Shown in pieces: positions 54,832-61,271 of a DNA stretch of 61,271 bases (position 1 is the stretch's first letter; each line of letters opens with the position of its first letter). This DNA comes from Thermoanaerobaculia bacterium (lineage in GTDB: Bacteria > Acidobacteriota > Thermoanaerobaculia > UBA5066 > Gp7-AA6). Position numbers and translations under genes: made by a program. The stretch lies in the NCBI GenBank assembly GCA_035457525.1, contig DATIBN010000268.1:1-61271 (forward strand), given 5' to 3'. Under the pieces are notes generated by a model. The model did no database searches, had not been told where the DNA came from, and saw only the letters and a list, made by a program, of their open reading frames with translations.

Positions 54832-55323
54832 TCAAGCGCTCATCTCCGGGCCCGTCACCTTGCCGGACGGAGACAGAAGGCCCATCGATCGGGCCAGGCG
54901 GTACGACAGCGCGCTCGAAGCGAGATACCCGATGCCGAGCGCGAGGCAGACCGTCCCGACGATGCGGATGAACTCCTCGACGGCCGTGGCGTAGATCGCC
55001 AGCGAAAGGAGGAGGAGTCCCACGCCGAGCACCGTGAGGACGATCCCACGCTGCACGGCCGATAGAATCTTCTCGCCGACGCCGTTCGGCTCGGATCCGA
55101 GCGCTTCGAGGAGGCGCCGGCCGCCCGGCGACTCGGAGACCTCGATGAAGTCGCGGCTCGACCCGAACTTGTCGAGCACCCGGTTCAAGAGGTCGGCGTG
55201 CGACCGGATCGCCTGCGTTCGGCGGCGCGACTCGAGGACCGCCGTGATGACCGCCGCGATCGTGTAAAAAAACGCCAGCCCGACGATCATCGGCGGCAGG
55301 AAGTCGAGGATTTTTTCGCCCAT
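54832..55323 (-). CDS. Hypothetical membrane protein
   Basis: ATG 55323 with GAGGGGGG upstream. Three to four TM helices. No recognised family. Confidence 0.5.
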   Translation of the reverse strand: MGEKILDFLPPMIVGLAFFYTIAAVITAVLESRRRTQAIRSHADLLNRVLDKFGSSRDFIEVSESPGGRRLLEALGSEPNGVGEKILSAVQRGIVLTVLGVGLLLLSLAIYATAVEEFIRIVGTVCLALGIGYLASSALSYRLARSMGLLSPSGKVTGPEMSA

Positions 55324-55380
55324 GGTGTCCCCCCTCACCACTCACAACGGATGAGAGCGGCGAAAGGTTAACGGCGAGTT

Positions 55381-55478
55381 TGGCGGAAGCGCATGGGAAT
55401 CGAACCCACCCATCCCGGCGAAGCCGGGATGCCAACGGATTTGAAGTCCGCGAGAGCCACCAGGCCCCGGGCGCTTCC
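55381..55478 (-). tRNA. selC: tRNA-Sec (anticodon UCA)
   Basis: The reverse complement reads GGAAGCGC CC GGGGCC TGGT GGCTCT C GCGGA CTTCAAA TCCGT T GGCATCCCGGCTTCGCCGGGATG GGTGGGTTCGATTCCCAT GCGCTTCC G CCA. It has an 8-bp acceptor stem, a 6-bp D stem, a UCA anticodon and a long variable arm, the same layout as E. coli selC. Confidence 0.9.
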
Positions 55479-55504
55479 GCGGGCGGATTATGTCGGAACC
55501 GGGA

Positions 55505-56275
55505 TCATCCCGGCAGATTCCGAAGGAGAACGCCGACCGCGTACGCCGCCGCGGCGGCGGCCGACCCCACGCCGAGCGTCTCCAGCCCGGAACGCCACCA
55601 CGACTGCGGCGACCAGCGGCTCTTGAGCGAGCCGATCGCGAAGAAGACCAGGGCCGACGCCACCATGGCCGGGCCGAAGGCGTCGGCGGCTCCGAAGAGG
55701 TAGGGAACGATCGGCACGAGGCCGCACACCACGAACGCAACGAAGGTACTGGCGGCCGCGCGAAGGGGCGACCGCACTTCTTCCGGCATTCCGTACTCCT
55801 CCCGGAGCATCGTTTGAACCCATCGCGTGCGGTCCGAGGTGATGGCCTCCACGACGCGCTCCAGCGGCTCGCCGTCGAGCCCCTTGCCGCGGAAGATCTG
55901 TCGGATCTCTTCCCGCTCGCCTTCGGGGACCTCGTCGATGTGACGATGCTCGATCGCCTCCAGCCGCTCCAGTTGATCGCGCTCCGCGCGCGTCCCGAGG
56001 AAGTTGGCGGCGGCCATGGAGAAGCCGTCCGCGAGAAGGTTGGCGAACCCCAGGATCAGGACGATTTTCGAAGAGAGGCGCGCGCCGGCGACCCCCGAAA
56101 CGATCGCGAAGGTCGTGACCACGCCGTCGATACCACCGTAGATCCAGTCCCGGAGGAAGCTCGGGCGGAACGTCCTCGAGAGTCGTTCGCGGATCGCCTC
56201 GGGCGAATGCCCGTGCTCGAGCATCGCAGAGCGGCGGGCGGAGGGAACCGACGAGGAGGTGTCTCTCCGCCGCAT
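55505..56275 (-). CDS. VIT1/CCC1 family iron/manganese transporter
   Basis: LRDWIYGGIDGVVTTFAIVSGVAGA, a central coiled/metal-binding region, and C-terminal TMs. The start could instead be M18 (56224). Confidence 0.75.
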   Translation of the reverse strand: MRRRDTSSSVPSARRSAMLEHGHSPEAIRERLSRTFRPSFLRDWIYGGIDGVVTTFAIVSGVAGARLSSKIVLILGFANLLADGFSMAAANFLGTRAERDQLERLEAIEHRHIDEVPEGEREEIRQIFRGKGLDGEPLERVVEAITSDRTRWVQTMLREEYGMPEEVRSPLRAAASTFVAFVVCGLVPIVPYLFGAADAFGPAMVASALVFFAIGSLKSRWSPQSWWRSGLETLGVGSAAAAAAYAVGVLLRNLPG

Positions 56276-56298
56276 CCCTGCTCTGTGACGACCGTCGG

Positions 56299-56718
56299 CT
56301 ACGAGACCGTCGTGCCGACGCCGGGAGCCGCAGGAACTTTCTTCTCGAGCCTCTCGGCGGCCATCGCGTCGGCCTTCGTCGGATGAACCGTTCCCTCCGC
56401 GTACTCGGGAGGCGCATACACCGTGACGATCTTCAGGTCTTCGTCGTCGTCCGAGTTCACGAGGTTGTGCTCCGTTCCGGCGGGCACGAAGACGACGTCG
56501 TTTTCCTCGACGTCGCGCTCGCGGCCGGCGACGACCGCCCGACCCTCCCCATCCAGCACGAACAGGATCTGATCGGTCTCGGGGTGGACTTCGCTGCCGA
56601 TCTCTTCCCCCGGGGCGAGGGTCATGAGCACCAGCTGGCTGCGTGCGCCGGTCGCGATGACCCGACGAAAATCGGAGCTGCGTTTCGCGATCTTCCTGAC
56701 GTCAATCAGAGAATCCAT
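56299..56718 (-). CDS. Cupin domain-containing protein
   Basis: ATG 56718 with AGGAG 7 nt upstream. G.E...HPETDQILFVLDGEG ... VFVPAGTEHN cupin motifs. Confidence 0.75.
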   Translation of the reverse strand: MDSLIDVRKIAKRSSDFRRVIATGARSQLVLMTLAPGEEIGSEVHPETDQILFVLDGEGRAVVAGRERDVEENDVVFVPAGTEHNLVNSDDDEDLKIVTVYAPPEYAEGTVHPTKADAMAAERLEKKVPAAPGVGTTVS

Positions 56719-56822
56719 CTCGAACTCCTTTCGCCGACTCAACGAGGAGACCACGGGACCGCCCCGCCGGCATGATCCGTTCGGATCACTTTTCGAGAAG
56801 CGAAGTCCGGTAGTAGAGTCCG

Positions 56823-57311
56823 GTGAATCCCGGAGAGAGCACCATTTCGAAGCCAGAAAACGCTCCCAGTGGTCGGATCGACTCGACCCGGATGCCGGGA
56901 GAGACGGCCCGCGGCGTCCCGGCGGCCTTCCCGGCCGAACGCGCGCTCATCCTCGTCGTCGAGCGGCACCCGGCGGTCCAGAAGCTCGAGAGCTTTCTCC
57001 TGACGGAAGCCGGCTTCCGGGTGGAGTTCGCGAGCAACGGTCAGGAGGCGCTCGACCGGGCCCGGACGGACCGGCCGTACCTCCTGGTCACGGAAATCCT
57101 CGTCCCGCGGGTCGACGGCCTGACGCTCTGCCGCCGGCTGCGGGAGGACCCGGCGACCCGGGAGATCCTCGTGGTCGTCTTCAGCCATCTCGACGCGGAA
57201 GACCGTGCGGTCGAGGCGGGCGCCGACGCTTTTCTTCGCAAGCCTCTGGACCCGGATCGGTTGATCGAGACCGTTCGTCGTCTCCTCGGCGGCCGGAAGA
57301 AGGCGGAATGA
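56823..57311 (+). CDS. Receiver-domain protein lacking the phospho-acceptor Asp (pseudo-receiver)
   Basis: CheY-like fold ILVVERHPAV...LLVTEILVPRVDG...VVVFSH...LRKPL. The acidic pair DD is replaced by ER and the phospho-acceptor Asp by Glu. The start is uncertain (GTG 56823 or ATG 56892). Confidence 0.7.
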   Translation: MNPGESTISKPENAPSGRIDSTRMPGETARGVPAAFPAERALILVVERHPAVQKLESFLLTEAGFRVEFASNGQEALDRARTDRPYLLVTEILVPRVDGLTLCRRLREDPATREILVVVFSHLDAEDRAVEAGADAFLRKPLDPDRLIETVRRLLGGRKKAE

Positions 57312-58723
57312 GGGAAACGACAGTTCTTCTCGAACGGATCCGCACCGGTATTCCGGAGCTCGACGACGTGCTGACCGGCGGCCTGCCCGCGAACTCGATC
57401 AACGTCTTGATGGGACTTCCGGGAACGGGAAAGACAATCCTGGCCGAGCAGATCGCTTTCGCGAACGCGACGTCCGCGCGACCGGCGCTCTTTCTGAGCA
57501 CTCTGTCGGAGCCCCTCGAGAAATTCATCGCTCACGGCCAGACCTTCGACTTCTTCGACGCATCGAAAGTGGGCCGGGAGGTCTACTACGAAGACCTCGG
57601 TCTCGCGATCCGCGAGCGCGGGCTTTCCGCTCTTCCCGACGTCGTCGCGGCGCTCGTGGCGGAGCGGCGGCCCCGGATCATCGTCATCGACTCCTTCAAG
57701 GCATTGGGCTCGGTCAATGGCGGAGGGCCCGACCGCCGCCAGGTCCTCTTCGACCTCGCCAGCATGCTCGCGACGTTCGAGTGCACGACGTTTCTCGTCG
57801 GCGAGTATTCGCAGGAGTCGATCGCCGATCTGCCGGAGTTCGCCATCGCCGACGCCGTTCTCCAGCTTCTCAAGCATCAATCCGGAATGCGCGAGGAGCG
57901 TTTCCTGCGGATCGAGAAGCTTCGCGGCTCCGATTCGGTTCCCGGGCTGCACGCTTTCCGGATCGGCGCGGCGGGAATCAGCGTCTTTCCGCGCCTGCTC
58001 ACTCCGAAACTGACCCCCTCCTACAACGACCGGGCCGAACGGATGAGCACCGGAATCCCCGGCCTGGACGCGATGGTCGAACAGGGCTTCTGGCGCGGGA
58101 GCACAACGCTCGTCGCAGGACCGAGCGGGGCGGGCAAGACGGCGCTCTCCCTTCATTTCATCCATGCCGGGGTGGAGACGGAAGAGCGCGGGCTCTACGT
58201 CGGGTTCCAGGAGAACCCGGTGCAGCTCGCGCGCGCTCTGGCGAACTTCGGGTGGGACCCCAAGCCGCTGTTGAGTGGCGGCAATTTCGAGCACATGTAT
58301 CACTCTCCCGTGGAGATGCAGCTCGACCAGGTCGTGATCGATCTCTTTCGGAGGGTCCGCCAGCGCAAGATCCGGCGGGTCGTCATCGACGCCCTGGGCG
58401 ACCTCCGGCGATCGAGCTTCGACCGGCAACGGTTCACCGAGTACATGTACTCCCTCACCCAGTGGTTCGCGGTCGAGGGCGTCACGGCCATCCTGACGCT
58501 GGAGACGTCCGACCTCTTCGAAACGCACCGGCTGAGCGACGAGGAGATCTCCAACATGAGCGACAACATCCTTCTCCTGCGCCTGACCCGGGCTCAACCG
58601 ATGGAGCGGACCATGAGCATCATCAAGACCCGGAACAGCGCGCACGACCACGCGGAACGAGTTCTTCGGATCACGTCGCGGGGAGTCGCCGTGGAAGAAG
58701 CCACCCGGCAGACGGCGAACTAG
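57308..58723 (+). CDS. KaiC-like double-domain (RecA-superfamily) ATPase
   Basis: ATGA overlap with the upstream gene. Two homologous halves, each starting with TGIPxLD and a Walker A (GLPGTGKT; GPSGAGKT). 471 aa. Confidence 0.85.
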   Translation: MRETTVLLERIRTGIPELDDVLTGGLPANSINVLMGLPGTGKTILAEQIAFANATSARPALFLSTLSEPLEKFIAHGQTFDFFDASKVGREVYYEDLGLAIRERGLSALPDVVAALVAERRPRIIVIDSFKALGSVNGGGPDRRQVLFDLASMLATFECTTFLVGEYSQESIADLPEFAIADAVLQLLKHQSGMREERFLRIEKLRGSDSVPGLHAFRIGAAGISVFPRLLTPKLTPSYNDRAERMSTGIPGLDAMVEQGFWRGSTTLVAGPSGAGKTALSLHFIHAGVETEERGLYVGFQENPVQLARALANFGWDPKPLLSGGNFEHMYHSPVEMQLDQVVIDLFRRVRQRKIRRVVIDALGDLRRSSFDRQRFTEYMYSLTQWFAVEGVTAILTLETSDLFETHRLSDEEISNMSDNILLLRLTRAQPMERTMSIIKTRNSAHDHAERVLRITSRGVAVEEATRQTAN

Positions 58724-58733
58724 CGAGATCTCG

Positions 58734-60926
58734 TTGGTCACGGAGAACGAAAGCGGCTCGAAGCTCTTCGTCCGGTTCGCGGCGGTCAACCGGGCGATCA
58801 CGACTTCCCTCGACTTCGAGGAGCTCCTGAACCTGATCGTCCGGAACGCCCGGGAGCTCGTGGAGGCGGACGCGGCGCTGCTTCTCCTCGCGGACGCCGA
58901 TGAGGTGTTGCGCGTTCGGGCCGCGGACGGAGTCGACGCCGAGCGATTCCAGGGCTTCTCGGATGGCATGCACGAATCGACGGTCGAGCGGCTCCGGACG
59001 GCCCTCCGGCCCACGGCAGCCGGAGGGTTCATGGCGCTGCCGGTCATGGTCGACCGGTCCGTCTCGGGTCTGCTCGCCGTCGCGCGTGACGAACCATTCG
59101 AAGTCGAGGAGCAGTGGGTGCTCTCGGCCCTGGCGGATCAGGCGGCGATCGCTCTTCGAAACGCGAAGCTCCACGAGATGGAGATCGAGCGCGGCCGGGC
59201 GGAGGCCCTCGAGCGCCTCGCCGAGGAGAGCGTCCGCCTTCTGACCTCCGAGCCCCAGGATCATACGTACGACGACCTGATCGAGACGATCTGCCGCATC
59301 AGCGACGCCCCCCGGGGAGTGTTCTGGCTGCTGGACGCGACCACGCCGGGAGAGGCCTTCCTCTACGCCGCCTCCACGTGCGGCCTCCGAAAAGAGCCGC
59401 GCGGCGACTCCGACCGGGAAGTCCTCGAACAGCTGCGGCGCCTGCCGCTCTCCGCGGACGCGCCCAGCGCCCTCGCGGCGCGCAGCCTCGAGGTCGTGTC
59501 GGATCGCGACCTCGCGCGAGGATCCTTCACCCAGGCCCGGTCCTTCAGCGAGCTGAACATCCGGTCGGTTCTCGCCGTTCCGGTCCGGGCGCGCGACCGG
59601 CTCTTCGGCGTCGTCACCCTCCTCTGGCCGGAGGTCGGCGCAAGCGAAAAGCCCGGCCGTCGGCACAACGCCGAAGTCATCGTGAGCCAGGTCGCGGCCG
59701 CGCTGGACGTCAGTCGCCTCGTGGCCGAGCTCACGCAGGCGAACCGGTTGAAAGACGAGTTCCTCGCCACGCTTTCCCACGAGCTCCGCAACCCGCTGAA
59801 CGTCATCACCGGGTACTCCGAGCTGCTCCTCCGTCTCCCCGAGGCGCGATCTTCGGCGAAGATCCAGACGGCGGCGGCGGCGATCGCCCGGAGCGCGTCC
59901 GCGCAGAACCGGCTCGTTTCGGATCTCCTGGATCTTTCCCGGCTCCAGATGGGAAAGCTCTCCCTCGAACTGCAGCCGCTGTCGCTCTCGGCCGCGATCG
60001 CCGACGCGGCCGAGGCGGTCCGCGCCGACGCGGCGGCCAAGTCGATCCAGCTTCAGATCTCGCTCCCCGACGAACCGCTCCTCGGCCGGGCCGATCCGAC
60101 GCGGGTCCAGCAGATCGCGTGGAACCTGCTCTCGAACGCCGTCAAGTTCACGCCGGCGGGCGGTCACGTGCGGCTCCTCCTCTCCCGCGCCGGATCCGAG
60201 GCGCGACTCGTCGTCGAAGACACGGGAGAAGGAATCGATCCCTCCTTTCTGCCGCGCGTGTTCGAAGTCTTTCGCCAGGCGGAGGGCGGGACCGTTCGCC
60301 GCCACGGCGGGATGGGCATCGGGCTCGCTCTCGTCCGGCAGCTCACCGAGTTGCACGGCGGGAAGGTGGAGGCTTCTTCCGCGGGCGTCGGCCGCGGCGC
60401 GAAGTTCACGGTCACTTTCCCCCTGCGCGAGACGGCCGGCTCGGAGGAGGGCGAGGGGGATCGCGTCGAATCGTCACCTTCGATCTCGGAAGTGCGCGTG
60501 CTCGTGGTGGACGACTCGCGCGAGACCGTCGCGGCCCTGCGGGACCTGCTCGAATGCGAAGGCGCGCGCGTGACGACCGCACTGTCGGGGGCGGAAGGGT
60601 TGCGGATCGCGAAGGAAGAAGAGTTCGACGTCTTGATCTCCGACGTTTCCATGCCGGAGATGGACGGGTATCAGTTCCTGCAGAAGCTGCGCTCGGAAGC
60701 GAAGAGACCCCCCGTGACCGCCGTCGCGCTGACCGGCTTCGGACGGGAAGAAGACGTTCTCGAGGCCCGCCGCGCCGGATTCGACAAGCACCTGACGAAG
60801 CCGGTGCATTTCGAGGATCTGATCCAGGTCATCCGAACCGCGATGGACGCCCGCCGGAGCCCGACCCCCGAGCGTTTGCCGAAGTCCGACGGGCAGCGGC
60901 TCGCGGTGCCGACCCCCCGAACGTAA
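58734..60926 (+). CDS. Hybrid sensor histidine kinase (two GAF-like domains, HisKA, HATPase, C-terminal receiver)
   Basis: TTG start 10 nt after the KaiC stop. H-box SHELRNPL, DTGEGI, GGMGIGLALV, and a receiver VLVVDDS...DVLISDVSMPEMDG...TKP. Confidence 0.85.
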   Translation: MVTENESGSKLFVRFAAVNRAITTSLDFEELLNLIVRNARELVEADAALLLLADADEVLRVRAADGVDAERFQGFSDGMHESTVERLRTALRPTAAGGFMALPVMVDRSVSGLLAVARDEPFEVEEQWVLSALADQAAIALRNAKLHEMEIERGRAEALERLAEESVRLLTSEPQDHTYDDLIETICRISDAPRGVFWLLDATTPGEAFLYAASTCGLRKEPRGDSDREVLEQLRRLPLSADAPSALAARSLEVVSDRDLARGSFTQARSFSELNIRSVLAVPVRARDRLFGVVTLLWPEVGASEKPGRRHNAEVIVSQVAAALDVSRLVAELTQANRLKDEFLATLSHELRNPLNVITGYSELLLRLPEARSSAKIQTAAAAIARSASAQNRLVSDLLDLSRLQMGKLSLELQPLSLSAAIADAAEAVRADAAAKSIQLQISLPDEPLLGRADPTRVQQIAWNLLSNAVKFTPAGGHVRLLLSRAGSEARLVVEDTGEGIDPSFLPRVFEVFRQAEGGTVRRHGGMGIGLALVRQLTELHGGKVEASSAGVGRGAKFTVTFPLRETAGSEEGEGDRVESSPSISEVRVLVVDDSRETVAALRDLLECEGARVTTALSGAEGLRIAKEEEFDVLISDVSMPEMDGYQFLQKLRSEAKRPPVTAVALTGFGREEDVLEARRAGFDKHLTKPVHFEDLIQVIRTAMDARRSPTPERLPKSDGQRLAVPTPRT

Positions 60927-60940
60927 GGAGCTGCTCCACC

Positions 60941-60959
60941 GCAGCGGGGCGTCCGCTGC
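60941..60959 (+). terminator. Possible terminator hairpin after the hybrid kinase gene
   Basis: GCAGCGG-GGCGT-CCGCTGC, followed by TTCGTTG. This is a 7-bp GC stem with only a weak T tract. Confidence 0.3.
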
Positions 60960-60963
60960 TTCG

Positions 60964-60993
60964 TTGAAGCGTCCGCGACCCGCGTGCTATCCT
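60964..60993 (+). promoter_or_regulatory. Possible promoter for tRNA-Ala (TTGAAG - 18 nt - TATCCT)
   Basis: Hexamers read directly, with the -10 element about 18 nt upstream of the tRNA 5' end. Motif-level evidence only. Confidence 0.3.
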
Positions 60994-61010
60994 GCGCGCC
61001 CTCCGACCGT

Positions 61011-61086
61011 GGGGCTGTAGCTCAGTTGGGAGAGCGCCTGAATGGCATTCAGGAGGTCGACGGTTCGATCCCGTTCGGCTCCACCA
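61011..61086 (+). tRNA. tRNA-Ala (anticodon GGC), CCA encoded
   Basis: GGGGCTGTAGCTCAGTTGGGAGAGCGCCTGAATGGCATTCAGGAGGTCGACGGTTCGATCCCGTTCGGCTCCACCA. Cloverleaf with a G3:U70 pair and GGC in the anticodon loop. Confidence 0.92.
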
Positions 61087-61178
61087 ACGTTTGCTCCTTC
61101 CGACATTACCCGCTCAGGTCGGCCTTCCGGCAATAGGACACTGGTGCTACACGCGTGCCCCTGGCATCGCGTCTCTTC

Positions 61179-61271
61179 TCATGTTTCGGTCTCGGCGAGG
61201 TCGTCCGGCAGCGCTGTGCCGACGAGGCATAGATAGCTGGCGGTGATCGCCGGAAGAGAGAACGTGAAGTC
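61179..61271 (-). CDS. 3' end of an unidentified CDS (5' part outside window)
   Basis: The - strand frame reads ...DFTFSLPAITASYLCLVGTALPDDLAETET, then TGA (61179-61181). Third-position GC is high. Too short to assign. Confidence 0.3.
   Translation of the reverse strand, partial: DFTFSLPAITASYLCLVGTALPDDLAETET

Noticed and set aside
55380-55740. Three 77-132 aa ORFs over the tRNA-Sec locus
   Set aside because: They overlap a structurally complete tRNA gene and the 3' end of the VIT1 gene. No coding signal.
55381-61271. Genomic island or prophage integrated at tRNA-Sec or tRNA-Ala
   Set aside because: No integrase, transposase, phage genes or tRNA-3'-end direct repeat is visible within the window, and the composition looks uniform. 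The partial ORF after tRNA-Ala (61179..61271) is too short to identify, so this cannot be excluded beyond the window edge.

Overview
Very GC-rich bacterial chromosomal segment, Gram-negative in type. Its gene content looks Acidobacteria- or Deltaproteobacteria-like, but that is inference only. About 60 real genes are packed tightly, and many are linked by 1-4 nt start/stop overlaps (ATGA, GTGA, TTGA).

Left to right:
- truA 3' end, then an MBL hydrolase-purS-purQ-purL operon (- strand) and dut.
- Two tandem paralogous Ser/Thr kinases, then an M16 peptidase.
- An 11-gene T2SS/T4P-hybrid secretion or pilus operon (- strand, 11.2-21.7 kb), headed by an ECF sigma/anti-sigma pair.
- An LPS inner-core/lipid A operon (waaA-lpxK-acyltransferase-waaF ... 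hldA-hldC-waaC), interrupted by a convergent HNH endonuclease gene.
- A DUF3108 protein, then a canonical pilB-pilT-pilC-pilS-pilR block with no pilin gene after it.
- A BNR beta-propeller, XdhC, galU, a zinc-ribbon protein, a DUF4388 protein, moeA and an alpha/beta hydrolase.
- A KAS-methyltransferase-flavoprotein trio facing a LolA-like/ABC exporter set, followed by SIMPL and a second ECF sigma/anti-sigma pair.
- tRNA-Sec, a VIT1 transporter and a cupin.
- A pseudo-receiver/KaiC-like/GAF hybrid kinase module, then tRNA-Ala.

I saw no rRNA, CRISPR array, transposase, integrase or recognisable defence genes.

The features least explained by standard annotation are non-coding:
1. A family of hairpin elements bounded by GGGGTCAGG...CCTGACCCC sits exactly at gene ends. 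Twice it is flanked by long direct duplications (about 41 and 91 bp) of the 3' end of the neighbouring gene.
2. A second palindromic repeat family occurs at three loci (four copies).
3. A (GTCTCAC)x4 heptanucleotide tract lies inside a prepilin leader.
4. A roughly 31-bp hairpin built from (GGGAAAC)n/(GTTTTCC)n heptads lies between hldC and waaC.

Most long ORFs in the track that lie antisense to, or out of frame with, these genes are GC-content artefacts.
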